NCBI GenBank assembly: GCA_051942205.1
Contig: JAVECO010000021.1
Location: forward strand, 62,001-126,000
Source of the DNA: Coniocarpon cinnabarinum
Lineage: Eukaryota
DNA length: 64,000 bases
Direction: 5' to 3'
Shown here piece by piece: positions 46,998 to 58,344 of the stretch. The position numbers were made by a program, and so were the translations under genes. Positions within the stretch are counted from its first letter, which is position 1. Every line of letters begins with the position of its first letter. The notes beneath the pieces are model-generated. The model had not been told where the DNA came from, ran no database searches, and was given only the letters and a program-made list of their open reading frames with translations.

Positions 46998-48590
46998 ATG
47001 GCGTCCACCGAGAATTGCTACGATGTTGTCATCATCGGCGCTGGCATCTCCGGCATCAACGCGGCCTACCGTCTCCAATCCTCCCTGCCCGCGTACACCT
47101 ACACCATCCTCGAGTCGCGTGGCGGTATCGGCGGCACCTGGGACTTTTGGAAGTACCCTGGCATCCGCTCCGACTCGGACATGCACACGTTTGGCTTTCC
47201 GTGGCGGCCGTGGACGGAGCAGAAGGCCATCGGAGATGGACCGTCCATCAAGAGATACATCTGCGACACAGCCGCCATGTACGGCATTGACAAGAAAGTG
47301 CAATATTACCACAAGGTTACAGCGGCAGACTGGTCCTCAGATACCCAGCGCTGGAACCTTCCAGTTCTCGTCAATGGCGAGAAACAGACTCAGTATAGCG
47401 CTCGTTTCATCCTCCTCTGCTCTGGCTACTATAACTACAATGAACCACTTCCGACCAACATCGCCGGCCTCGAGAACTTCAACGGCACCATCGTGCATCC
47501 TCAATTCTGGCCTGAGAAGCTCGATTACGCGAACAAGAAGATTGCCATCATCGGCTCCGGAGCCACCGCCGTGACACTGCTTCCTAATCTCGCTGAGCAG
47601 GCAGAGCGTGTCACCATGGTCCAGCGCTCACCGGGGTACCTCATTTCTTTACCATCAAGCAGCGGCTCCGACCAATCGCTGATTCGACGTATACTGCCGG
47701 CATGGTTCATCCAAAAGCTGGTCCGCGTCCAGTTCCTCCTGGTGCCGTGGCTCTTCTTCCTCTTCTGCCGCAAGTATCCCAATGCTGCCCGGCGGGTGAT
47801 GCGCAAGCGCACCGAACCGCAATTGCCTGAGAACATTCCTCATGACCCCCACTTTCATCCACGATACAATCCATGGGAGCAGCGCCTCTGCGCCTGTCCA
47901 AATGGCGACTTTTTCGCGGCGCTGCGGAGTGGCCGTGCCGGTGTCGCGACAGGTCAGATTCAAAACATGACAGAGCGCGAAATTGTCATGGAAGGCGGCG
48001 AGCGTATCGAGGCAGACATCATCGTCACGGCCACTGGGCTCAAAATGCAAATGGCCGGTGGAATCGCGCCGTCCGTCGACGGACAGACAATGCGGATCCC
48101 GGACAAGTTCCTCTGGAAAGGCATCATGCTCCAGGATTTACCCAACTGCCTGTTCGTCATTGGTTATACCAATGCGTCTTGGACGCTGGGTGCGGATGCC
48201 GCGGCGCAGCACTTTGTGAGGCTCCTGAAGCATATGCAAAGTCGGGGCAAGGGTGTCGTCGTGCCTCGGGTCACGAACCCCGAGGAGCTGAGGGAGAAGC
48301 CTGTCATGAACCTGAACTCAACCTATATCCAGAGAGCGAAGGATCAGCTGCCAAAGGTTTCGGACTCGGCGCCGTGGCTTCCTCGGCAAAATTACTTTGC
48401 GGACTTGATAGAAGCCAAGATAGGTGACGTGAGCGCTGGACTAGAGTTTGTGGATAGGCATAATGAGGAGGAGCCGGACCAGACGGTCGTGGACGAGAAA
48501 ATTCAAAATGAGGTCGAAGCGACCGCAAAGCCAGCCGAGGACGGCTCGTTGAAGGCTGCGTCCATTCTTGATCATCCAGCGAGTGGTTAG
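46998..48590 (+). CDS. FAD-dependent Baeyer-Villiger-type monooxygenase (EthA-like)
   Basis: GAGISG Rossmann motif, GGTWDFWKYPGIRSDSD, BVMO fingerprint FNGTIVHPQFWP, second GSGATA, ATG motif, GYTNASWTL. Confidence 0.93.
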   Translation: MASTENCYDVVIIGAGISGINAAYRLQSSLPAYTYTILESRGGIGGTWDFWKYPGIRSDSDMHTFGFPWRPWTEQKAIGDGPSIKRYICDTAAMYGIDKKVQYYHKVTAADWSSDTQRWNLPVLVNGEKQTQYSARFILLCSGYYNYNEPLPTNIAGLENFNGTIVHPQFWPEKLDYANKKIAIIGSGATAVTLLPNLAEQAERVTMVQRSPGYLISLPSSSGSDQSLIRRILPAWFIQKLVRVQFLLVPWLFFLFCRKYPNAARRVMRKRTEPQLPENIPHDPHFHPRYNPWEQRLCACPNGDFFAALRSGRAGVATGQIQNMTEREIVMEGGERIEADIIVTATGLKMQMAGGIAPSVDGQTMRIPDKFLWKGIMLQDLPNCLFVIGYTNASWTLGADAAAQHFVRLLKHMQSRGKGVVVPRVTNPEELREKPVMNLNSTYIQRAKDQLPKVSDSAPWLPRQNYFADLIEAKIGDVSAGLEFVDRHNEEEPDQTVVDEKIQNEVEATAKPAEDGSLKAASILDHPASG

Positions 48591-48915
48591 CCCACGGCTG
48601 GAACAGCGCCACGTGTCGTATTGCTCTCCAGTTGGTCATGCATAGTTGAATAGATGTGTATATACTGTCAACACTACAAGTTCTAAACCCAGCGTCGCGA
48701 ATTGCCCGTGCTGAAGCACGTATATGATCCAATCACTGTACACGTGAGATCCTACGCCGAGTCGAGTCCAGCTCTTCGTCAACGTTCTACGTATTCGAGT
48801 GGTCGGTCTGGGCTCTGCTCATTCCCTTCATGCACAACGTTACTATGCTATGAACTATGGCCACTCTCGCGTCTTCATGAGCCCCTCGCCTTCGCCTCAT
48901 AGAAAACGGCGACTG

Positions 48916-49493
48916 CTATTGCCTCACCTCCCCCACCTTGACGACACGCTCCCCTTCCTCCGATGTGAATCGCCGCTGACTCGCCATGCAGGGCTCTGTA
49001 ACCTTCGGATCTGCCCACTTGGCCGCCATTGCGTTCATGGCTTCGTCGTCTTCAAAAACCTGCGAAGGTGTGGCGTTAGCCTCTTGCTCTCCTTGCCTTT
49101 GCGGTCGCTGATGTCCTTGAGTCCTTTTGAGTTCACAAATCAATGTACCAGAGTGACGAGGCAAGCAAGGGTAAGTCGTGATGAGAGGAAAACAAACCTC
49201 ACGGTGTGTGCAATGGCAACGAAAATGGCACGAGCATAATTCAGCGGAGGAGAGCAGGAGACGGGGTACTGCAAGAGGTGGCTTACGAGTTCCGTAAAGA
49301 GATCAAACTCAACTCTACGGCCGAGGACGGTGGGCTGCGTGCTATCAATATAAGTACGTTTGAAGACGGGCGGCATTGTCTCGCCAAAGAGTTGGTGGAG
49401 TAGAGGGACATGTTCGTTTTCGTAGATGTCCTTGAACTGATCGTGCGTGAGTGAGGGATTGCGAGGGATGCACGAAAAGAGGGTAACACCCAT
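48916..49493 (-). CDS. EthD-family dimeric alpha-beta barrel protein; intron 49060-49286
   Basis: RNPSLTHDQFKDIYENEHVPLL...FDLFTEL|VFEDDEAM. Intron is GTAAGC..GCTAAC..CAG. Confidence 0.8.
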
Positions 49494-50426
49494 GTTGTCG
49501 TTTGGAAGCTTTCGATAGGTGCACGGGATGTAGTGTTGTACTCCAGCTGAGTGACCGGTTGACAAGGGGGAGGGAGGTCGTGAAGTGAAAAGCCTCGCTG
49601 GAGGGGTCCAAGTGCTTTTTATATCATGCATGGCTGCTACCTTGACTGGTTTCGTAAAGTGAGAACGGGAGATGCGCACGCTACTAACCTTTCCGCTAGG
49701 GTGCTGGCGAGGCGTAGCCGTATAGAGTAAATGGAGGTGCCAAACCAGCTAAAGCTCATCGGCAATCTCCTAAGAGGCCTGCCACGCTTTCTCGGGCCTC
49801 AAGTAACAAAGCAAATAACAATGCATGATGCGATGCGCTTCACAAAGACAGCAGGAGGAGGCTGTCGCTTGTGGTGCTAGTAAACGCTGGTTTTGACTGT
49901 TGAGAAAACACAAACACACAGGGTCAACAGAAGACGAAGATGATATAGATGAGGTCGTACGCTCCTGACTATTAGCGCGTGCTGCTCCTGCTCCAGCAAA
50001 TGAGTTTTGGTTGTGCTCGTGAAAAGGTAGTCTGAATATCGTAGCGGTGCGGGGGCTTTCAGGACACCGAACTGTTCATGATCGACAATGTGCTTCTGGC
50101 TGTCCTGGGCAGTTTTCTCATGATAGTCCAGTAGATGCGTGTTCATTCGATCTGGCCCATCGAAGCAAATGGCATCCATAGTAAAGAACGCCGCTCCCTG
50201 AAGAACGGCAGAAGCGCCAACGCTAGATTAAGGAGCCGCCTTACGCGGCAGTGAGGGTCTCGTCGCTGCCCTCTTTTTTTATCGTAGGCATCTCACTCTG
50301 AGCTCGCCCGAGTGTTTCTGCTGTTGACTCTCTGTTGGAAAGCCGCGCTTCATCTGTGGCCTCTGTCGGAGATTGCGCTGTCTCTTCAGTCGTGTCGTGC
50401 TTCGTCGATTCGTCCTTGGAGCCGCG

Positions 50427-51838
50427 CTACTTCTCCAATTCCTCAATAGGCACATTCGCCATATCTCTACCGATGATACTCTTGGATGTCTTCCAGATCT
50501 GTAATAAGTTGTCTTCAGCCGCACTGCACATAAGCCAGGGATCATTCTTGTTGAACGTAAAATCTGCAATGCGGTCCGTATGCCCACCGTGCATGAATAG
50601 CAGCTCGGGGGGTCCATCTTCTTCATCCTCAGGCGTCTGCTCTTCACCACAGCGATTCAAGTCCCAGAAATGGATGCGTCGATCCAAAGATGCACTGCCA
50701 AACACGGCTTTTTGTCGTGGGTGCCACTCAATGCCGGTCACGACGTCTTTGTGGCCTTCACAGGCATGCAACTTGACTTCAAGGTTCCGCAAGTCCCAGA
50801 TGCCAATACTCTTATCTGCGGAGCCGGTAGCAAGTATGACATCAGTACCGAGGTTGAAAGCGACGCAATTGACATCGTCGGTATGCGCATCTTCAACTAT
50901 CCGCGCAGCTTTTGTGTTTGAAGATTCTCGGAGGTCAAGCACTTGTAGTGTGTGATCGTCAGAGACAGTCGCAAGCATCCAAGGAAACTTATGGTGAAAC
51001 TCAACACCATTGACCGTGGCCGAGTGGTGAGTGAATGTACGCTGAGGTTTGATCTTCTTGGAAGACTTCTGGTAGTCCTTCATATTCCACACCTTGACAG
51101 TGTTGTCATTTGAACCGGTCGCTACTTGGCCTTCAACGTTGGGGTTCCAGTGCAGTCCAAAGCCTTCTTCGGTATGACCCTCGAGTTCCATGTCTGGTGA
51201 AACAGTGCCCGTAGGCTGTGAAGAATGCTTCGTGCGATCGAAAATGAGGCATCGTCCTGCAGGGGCCATCGTTGCGATCATATCCGGGTTCTGTGGCATG
51301 TATCGAGCTTTGTTAATTTCGCCGGGGTGATCAATCTTCTGCGCAATAGTGAACTTCATCTCTGGGGCAGGCTTGCCTCCCCCACCACCAAAACCACCAA
51401 ACTCTCCTCGCTCCTCATCGTAGTCTTCTCGCTTGGCTGTGAGTTTTGGTATGCTGATGTGGGCGATTTGCAGGTAATTCATGGGATTTGTCTCCTCGTC
51501 CGTGTGTGTGCCAAGCAGCAGTCGATGCACGTCTCGAGATTCGCCTGGTGGTCGCTGCACATCTGGGAACCACTGAGTCGTGAGAGTCGGCCAGTCGAGT
51601 GCGCGGGACATCATAACATCGTAGAGAAATGGTGCGTGCTTCTTCCATATCTTGTACTCCTCATTGATGATCTTCTGGCGCATGATTGCTTCATCCTCGG
51701 CCTCAATGGCCGTTGCGGGATCAACTAAAGGTTGTCAGTATATATTTTTGGATCGGACGTGCAGAGTCTGATGCGGCTGCGCTAGACTGGGGACTGACGA
51801 TTCATTGTGTCCGCTTCTTGCCCGGTATTGGCTGGCAT
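50427..51838 (-). CDS. HAT2: Histone acetyltransferase type B subunit 2 / RbAp46-48 WD40 histone chaperone; intron 51725-51798
   Basis: QKIINEEYKIWKKHAPFLYD..ALDWPTLTTQW, HPGEINKARYMPQNP, EDEEDGPPELLFMHGGHT. Confidence 0.93.
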
Positions 51839-52509
51839 CGTGCCGCGGATGCTGGTATGTTGTTAAGTTACAGGCAGAATAGATGATGCTCGACTGGGCT
51901 CTGCGTGCTTCAACGAGCGTGGAGGAGGAAGTGCGCGACTCAGAGTAGCTAGGCGATTGACATGGGAGCTTAAAGAGCGGGAGAGCAAGCTTGAGACTGT
52001 TAAGGATTCCATTGCATGTAAAGCGTTGAGATCATTTGTGAGCTCGGCCGAGGGCGCCACAGACGCGTCTTCACGCGTTCTAATCGATTGCTGCCTTACA
52101 ACAAAGGCCACAGTGTAAAAGGTAAGAGACGGTCTTACAAGTCATGAAATCTATTCAGCATATATGGTAGGTCGTTGTCAAGAATTTAAGAGCTTCGAGA
52201 TGAGATGTGCACACTTTGAGAGTTTCTTGATGTGATGTATTAATTGCCATTTGACTGCCTGCGAAGCCAAGGAGATCGATAAAACGACTCACTTCACGAG
52301 TCCTCTGAAGCTGTCACTACGGAGGCGTGCACTCATGCTCTGCAGCTGAATGAATCAATGATGCACACGAAAAGAGCACAGTAACACAGTGAATGACACA
52401 TTATTAAAAGCTCCGTACATCCCCAGAATATTTGCATACTAATCTCGCACGCGAAGATGTTGAACACCCGGTCTCGTCCGACTCCGCAGGACCTAGCTTG
52501 GGAACACAC

Positions 52510-53148
52510 CTATAGATTGGCGCCGTACCATGTCACACGTTGCTCGAGCGGTTGAATCTCCTTGTTCTCCGTCCATCCGAGACGACTTTCACCGTCTTTA
52601 AGCTCCCCAAACACCATTTGTGCTTTGAAGCCCCAGTCGCTTGGTATGTTCCAGCGCTGCTTGGTGACCACGTCGATGAGAGGATTGTAATGCTGTATGC
52701 TAACACCCATGCCTTCAGCTTCCAGAGCCACCCAGAGGGTATGCTGCAGCATACCATTGTGTTGATCAGCCCATGAAGGGAATTTGTCAGCATATCGGTG
52801 GAATTTCAGCGCCAGTTCGTTGGAGAGGGTCGGGTCTTCGAAAAATAGGATCGTGCCGTAAGCGTTCGCGAATCCGTCCATTCTAGCCTTGGTGGAGGCT
52901 TCTCTATCTTTCTTGCCGCGAAGATGAGACTTCACCGCTTCCCAAACGTACCCCCAGAATTGGTCGTGATCTTTGCCGAGCAGGACAACAACACGAGAGG
53001 TTTGACCATTGAACGCAGATGGAACAGAGATCATGGCTGTGTCTACAATGTCCTTCAATTTGGCGTCTGAGATAGAAGACTTCTTTTGAAGCGCGTAATA
53101 CGTCCGGCGGCCTTTGACGGCTTCCATGAAGGCTGTTGATTGAGACAT
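52510..53148 (-). CDS. Nitroreductase-like protein (Frm2/Hbn1 family)
   Basis: RRTYYAL, VPSAFNGQTSRVVVL, YGTILFFED, LEAEGMGVSIQHYNPLID, AQMVFG. Confidence 0.9.
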   Translation of the reverse strand: MSQSTAFMEAVKGRRTYYALQKKSSISDAKLKDIVDTAMISVPSAFNGQTSRVVVLLGKDHDQFWGYVWEAVKSHLRGKKDREASTKARMDGFANAYGTILFFEDPTLSNELALKFHRYADKFPSWADQHNGMLQHTLWVALEAEGMGVSIQHYNPLIDVVTKQRWNIPSDWGFKAQMVFGELKDGESRLGWTENKEIQPLEQRVTWYGANL

Positions 53149-54213
53149 ATCTGCTGCTGTAATCCACCTGTGGAGATTCTTCAGGTGTAACACACCGGGA
53201 CCAGAGCCGATGTAGACCTTTTGAATCAGTGCACTCTTGTGGCGATACAACCTGGGATGGGTTCTACTATGATTAGCAAACGAAAGGAGAGTGAATGGTC
53301 TGCAGGATGCTAGACCAGATAGCTCGTCTCTGGAACTTTTATAGATGCCGCGAGAACAACTCGGTTCTTGTGAGCAAGCCGATAGCTTGAAAGTTCAGTC
53401 TGGCATGAGAATGGATTCTTGCTGTATGCACCAACCGTCGCACGAGCTTATGGCACTTAGTAGCGCTGACATTGCAGCTCCATGCAGATACAGATGGTAC
53501 TTGAATAGCTCGTAGGGTGCTAGCTGTTGGATGCGATTTTCCTCAGGTCCAAAGCAGACAGCGCTGACGTGAGTGCCGAGGGTTGAAGGCTCCGCAACAG
53601 CCGCAGGAAACCGCATCTCCACAAGACACCGAAACAACGGAACAGCTAGGGACAGCTAGGAGCAGAACATTTTGTGTGGCCAGCGTCTGGGGTGAAGATC
53701 TAGACCGAAGCACCTGCGGCGCACTATCCGAGCCTGCTTACAGAGGGGCTTGGCAGATAACTTTTGGAACAGTGAGCTCTTTTTCTGACGACGTGCGGAA
53801 GCTTCGGTTCGATCTCATGATAACTTAGAGTTTGGAGCTTTGCCATCAATAATCGCGTATTCCTTCTTGTCCACTCCGGAAACGTTTGACGCTCACTGCA
53901 CAGAATTGCAACACTGCGGTTCAGCTGTCGTCTCCCGCAGCGCACGCCGAGAAGTGCAAGTGCTGGCGTAAAAATTCCGGTTGCTGGATCGTTTTGGGTT
54001 TTCCTCGCCGGTCAGACGAAGTCAAGTGACTAGACCAGTGACAAGAAGCGTTTTGATGAATGCCACGAACTGAGTTGTGCAGACTCTAACCACGCGAACG
54101 TCGCGTTCTTTGGTTCGAGCACCTCAGAGACGCTGTAGACGCCGGCTCACTGTGAGCAATTTGACCGACCAAACATGCACGTTCGTGATTACCACTTCAA
54201 AGACCTGTGGATG

Positions 54214-55147
54214 TCATCCCAGCAAACCCAGCGGTCTCAGCACCCTCTCCCGCACCACACTCGTTGCCGCAGCGCCACCTCTTCTCAGCGCTACTGCGCC
54301 TACAATTGCATATATTGTGTGCGCCAGCACGGTGTCTACTCCGCTCGCTTTGAGCCTGTTGATTTGCCTGGGTTTCCACCTCACGACTTGATGCAGTCCA
54401 TATCTTTGTGCGAGATCTGCTAGTCGGTCTTTGCTGATTGCTCGTTCCATTGCCATGTCTGTCACATTCTCCACGCCTTCTAATGCTGCGTCTTGGAGGG
54501 GCTCGCGGCTCCATGGATCATCCGGAATGTTTGAAGCCGGGGGCAAGGATGATTGAGGTGCATCAAGAAGAGCAAGAGAAGTTTGGAGCTCAGTGATGCG
54601 TTTGCCTTTGGAAGCTTGTTAGCAAAGTCTTCTCTATGGACAGTTGTTATGCGCGCTGGTCAGCCTCTGAGTCGCAGCCGTGCATACCAAGGAAAGCCAA
54701 TCGGTCATTGAAACCCCTGCGTCCATGATCGAAGCTTTTGTGCGTGACTGCAAGCCATTTGACTTCTTCGTCAAGGACCTCACCCCCTCCAAGAACCACA
54801 CTGGTACCGCCCTCTGTTCCAAGCATCCGCGCAATAGCACGATCAAGCTTCATGGGATCCTCGTTTACCTCATAAGCATCGTTCTTAGTTGGTGGCCTGG
54901 TACGGTATGGTGCCTTCATGGCAGCGGGTGTGCGAGCCCATCTTGGTGGCTGCTGTGCCGGGTCATGTGTAGCAGTATGGCTTGTACTCGAGATGTTCGA
55001 GACTCGTTTGACAGGCCCTTGTGGCTGATCTTGTGGAAGGCTTGACGAGGAAGAGAAGGGACGGACGGATTGGGAAGAAAGCCTTGTACGACATCGAACG
55101 CAGATCTGTCCTGCCTGACGAGCAGTGGACCCCAGACTATGAGACAT
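54214..55147 (-). CDS. MRPL15: Mitochondrial ribosomal protein mL57 (RNase III-like); intron 54606-54687
   Basis: KWLAVTHKSFDHGRRGFNDRLAFLG|KRI, VVRWKPR, YAIVGAVALRRGG; Arg/Ser-rich presequence. Confidence 0.9.
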
Positions 55148-55396
55148 GGCAATGAAGGTTTTGCGACGGGCGTTTACCAAGAAGCAGATGTTTTCGAAAT
55201 CTTGAAGATGAAAATGGAATTCCTGAGTATTCAGGCAAACAACGCAATGACGAAGCAAGGAATGTCACAGTACATGCTTGCTCGCATAGACCTTGAAGGG
55301 CTTGTAAAAGATCAGTATCGCTTGTGCATTGTCTGATTTGCTAATTCCCCGGTCTTAACATTCTTTTGTTGAATTGTCCACGAAGATAGAACCTTG

Positions 55397-56155
55397 ATGG
55401 TCACCACCCGCTCCCAGATCAAGTCCACCAACTCCACCTTGACCCAGGCCACTCATAGTTTGTTACCTAAGTCTCGTGTCTCCAAGCCTGAGCCCTCCAG
55501 TCGATCAAACATCATCAAAAAGCCTCCTCAGCACCACTACCGCCAGCCCATATCTCCAAATCACTTCGGTCTCATCCAAGAACGCTATCAACACTCCCTC
55601 TACGCCCTCTTGGTCCAGGCCATCCTTTGGAACCAGACCGCAGGCCGTGCTGCTCGCCCCGTTCTTGAAGCCCTTCTCTCTCGATATCCTGACCCGCCTG
55701 CCCTCGCTGCTGCGTCTCGCTCTGATCTTGTTGACCTACTTTATCCCATTGGCCTTCACAACCAGCGTGCTGCCCGCCTCATTAACTTCGGGTCAGCTTG
55801 GGTAGCATCACCGCCGTGTAAAGCAAGGCGGTATGTGCGGAGGGACTATCCGAACAAGGGCGATGGGCGTGCCGCCAAAGTAGGGGAAGTGTTGGGAGAG
55901 GACGACGAAAGAGAAGGCTGGGAGGTTGCACACCTGCCTGGAATGGGACCGTATGCACTTGATAGCTATCGTATTTTCTACCGGGATCGACTAAGAGATG
56001 TGGAGAACGAGGAGGGTGTAGGGGAAGAGTGGAAACGCGTGACAGCAGGAGACAAGGACTTGAGAGCTTGGCTGGTGTGGAGATGGAATCGTGAAGGCAT
56101 GAAATACGATCCTCAGAAATGCAAAGTGATCGGTCCTGCAGAACAGAGAGATTGA
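55397..56155 (+). CDS. HhH-GPD DNA glycosylase, MBD4-like
   Basis: GLIQE..SLYALLVQAILWNQT, YPDP..LA, PIGLHNQRA, HhH LPGMGPYALDSYRIF, DKDLRAW. Confidence 0.85.
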   Translation: MVTTRSQIKSTNSTLTQATHSLLPKSRVSKPEPSSRSNIIKKPPQHHYRQPISPNHFGLIQERYQHSLYALLVQAILWNQTAGRAARPVLEALLSRYPDPPALAAASRSDLVDLLYPIGLHNQRAARLINFGSAWVASPPCKARRYVRRDYPNKGDGRAAKVGEVLGEDDEREGWEVAHLPGMGPYALDSYRIFYRDRLRDVENEEGVGEEWKRVTAGDKDLRAWLVWRWNREGMKYDPQKCKVIGPAEQRD

Positions 56156-56306
56156 CAAAGCAAGTCTCACCTTCTTGCGGGAGGTACAGCGAACATTAAA
56201 ACTGGGAAGGAGATTTTCCATAGACATTTCTTGCATTTTGTGTAATACAACATATACAAGTAGGATTTAGCAACAACTTTATACAGCAACCTTTCAGACT
56301 AGTTCA

Positions 56307-57842
56307 CTATCGATCGAGCGCTTTACGCACCTCAATGCCGATGACAATGGCCGCGACAACGCTGACCACGGCAGCAACAAGTAATCCTAGTCGTCCTGGC
56401 GAAGGCTGATCCACCTCAAGCGGAATTGGAGGCTGGTCAGTAGTCTCCTTCTCAAAAGCATCGCTAGCTGCTTCGCCTGATGCCTCCTGGGTGTTGCCAC
56501 TCAGATCTAGAGGAAATGGAACACGAACTGTTTCGCCCTGGATGCGCTCACGTCTTTCCTCGGAGAGCTCTTCCAACGCTTGAACACAGCCTATGCTAGC
56601 GTCGAGCCCCCAGAGGACAAGACTAGCGATACGACGGACCAATGTAGCGTCTCCATATGTGGATTCCCACCACTCTCGCACAGCCGCTGACCCGCGCTCC
56701 CGGTAAAGCTTGTCCATCACGTACCAATCGTAGTAACTTTTGACTTCATCACCGTGAGGATGGTCGCGAAAGTCACGGAATTTGCGAGGTGTGAAATCCA
56801 CATCGCCATCCCAATGCACGTCTGGATTTTCTTCAAAGATGTCGTTTTGCCAAAGAAAAGCAGGCGCACCCCGAGAAAGTATCTTGGGCAGTGAAGCTAG
56901 GCAGTCAAAGTCGATGATTCCAACCTTGTACGAGGTCTTTCCATTTGAATCTGTGGACGGAGAAATCAAAATGTTCCCCATATGAAGATCAATGTGTGCG
57001 AAGTGAGCGTCGTAGATGTTGGCTGAGAAATACTGCTCCAGGGCTGGGTCGGAGGACATCTCTGCAAAGACATGGCAAAGCTTACCGTACGCCACTAGAT
57101 CTTCGACGTCGCATGGCTCATCCTCATCTGAAAGCTGTTGATTTGCAGGATTATGGGTTAGAAGCAGCCGTTGGCACTCCTCTTTCAAAGTCCGAGTCGG
57201 AGGGAGAGGAGACTCCGAAGAAAGTTCGTACTCTGGACGTAACGAATGATGTTCACCGTCGATACCCGAAGTGCTTGCAGCCTTCAGCTGGCCCCATCCC
57301 TTGAACTTGACAGTTTCGGCCTTAAATCGAAAGTCGGCTACTTGCTCTGCAATCTCATATTTGGCCGCAAGGTCAAGGGTCTTCCAGATCTTCTCCATCG
57401 GCTGCCCTGGCAGACGCGTTTGGATTGAAAAAGGACATTTTAAAGCATTGTCCTGGGTCGCGTCGACGTGGAGCATCTCTGGCGTGTTAGAAATGTACTG
57501 ATGGACGTGACGCAGGACGAGAGCTGAGTTGAGCGTGCGTTCACATGCTTCTGTCATCACCTGCTTCACAATTTCATCGGGGCTGTCGCAATCATCATTT
57601 TCCTCAAGCTCGTAAGCGTTGGCTATGCGTATAACGCATGGAAGCGGCGAGGAGACCTCATCTGCTTTTTGCAAATCAAAATGAAAGACGATGTTGAACA
57701 TACCTTTTCCCAAGAAGCCCCAGTTGGAAGTATTCAAGCCGAGTCCTTTGCAAAGCGCTGGTAGCACTTCCAAAAGTCTTGCTTCGTGCTCAACGGAAGA
57801 AGCATGCGGGGAACTACTGCTACACGATGAGGCGTTCGACAT
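56307..57842 (-). CDS. Aminoglycoside-phosphotransferase-like (APH/choline kinase fold) protein with a C-terminal TM
   Basis: GKGMFNIVF, VIRI, catalytic HIDLHMGNILI, IIDFD; C-terminal LGLLVAAVVSVVAAIVIGI followed by RK. Confidence 0.78.
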   Translation of the reverse strand: MSNASSCSSSSPHASSVEHEARLLEVLPALCKGLGLNTSNWGFLGKGMFNIVFHFDLQKADEVSSPLPCVIRIANAYELEENDDCDSPDEIVKQVMTEACERTLNSALVLRHVHQYISNTPEMLHVDATQDNALKCPFSIQTRLPGQPMEKIWKTLDLAAKYEIAEQVADFRFKAETVKFKGWGQLKAASTSGIDGEHHSLRPEYELSSESPLPPTRTLKEECQRLLLTHNPANQQLSDEDEPCDVEDLVAYGKLCHVFAEMSSDPALEQYFSANIYDAHFAHIDLHMGNILISPSTDSNGKTSYKVGIIDFDCLASLPKILSRGAPAFLWQNDIFEENPDVHWDGDVDFTPRKFRDFRDHPHGDEVKSYYDWYVMDKLYRERGSAAVREWWESTYGDATLVRRIASLVLWGLDASIGCVQALEELSEERRERIQGETVRVPFPLDLSGNTQEASGEAASDAFEKETTDQPPIPLEVDQPSPGRLGLLVAAVVSVVAAIVIGIEVRKALDR

Positions 57843-58344
57843 GGTTGCTGGATCAGGATGAGATGACTGAGTTTTCAAATACTGCTGAAATGGGTGGTTT
57901 GTATGATTCACTGTATGACGAATGATTTTGAATACTTGAGACTCTAGTGAGGCTTTATGTGGTGTGATAGACTCAGCAAAACACTCACACAGAACAAGGA
58001 GGACACTGGGCACACTACGCTTCTGCTTTGTCTTGCTTCGACTGTCCAACATGCTTGTCAGTGAACAGTGTTTCGAGCGGTCTCGCACAGTGCATAACAA
58101 AAACGCTTCGTTGGAGTTGCGTTTGCAACAGAGGAGTCCATTGCTAAGTCTCGCTACTGACAATACTTCACAGTGAGATCGGATGCAAATACAAATTGGA
58201 CAAAGTTGTGTCACAACTTTGTCAAGCAGACACTCTGGAAGCAAGTCGATATTCACATAGATCTTTTGGGCACAAATTGCCTGCAACATTCGCTTAACAC
58301 CACTCTCACTTCACTAGACACTACTTCAGTTGCACCCAGCAGCC

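Noticed and set aside
46437..47312. 291-aa antisense ORF over the BVMO and similar shadow ORFs over the reductase, HAT2 and RRM genes
   Set aside because: Antisense shadows of GC-rich coding sequence.
57843..58289. N-terminal 150 aa of the 660-aa kinase ORF
   Set aside because: Non-ATG start and non-protein-like composition; it overlaps the promoter shared with the microprotein.
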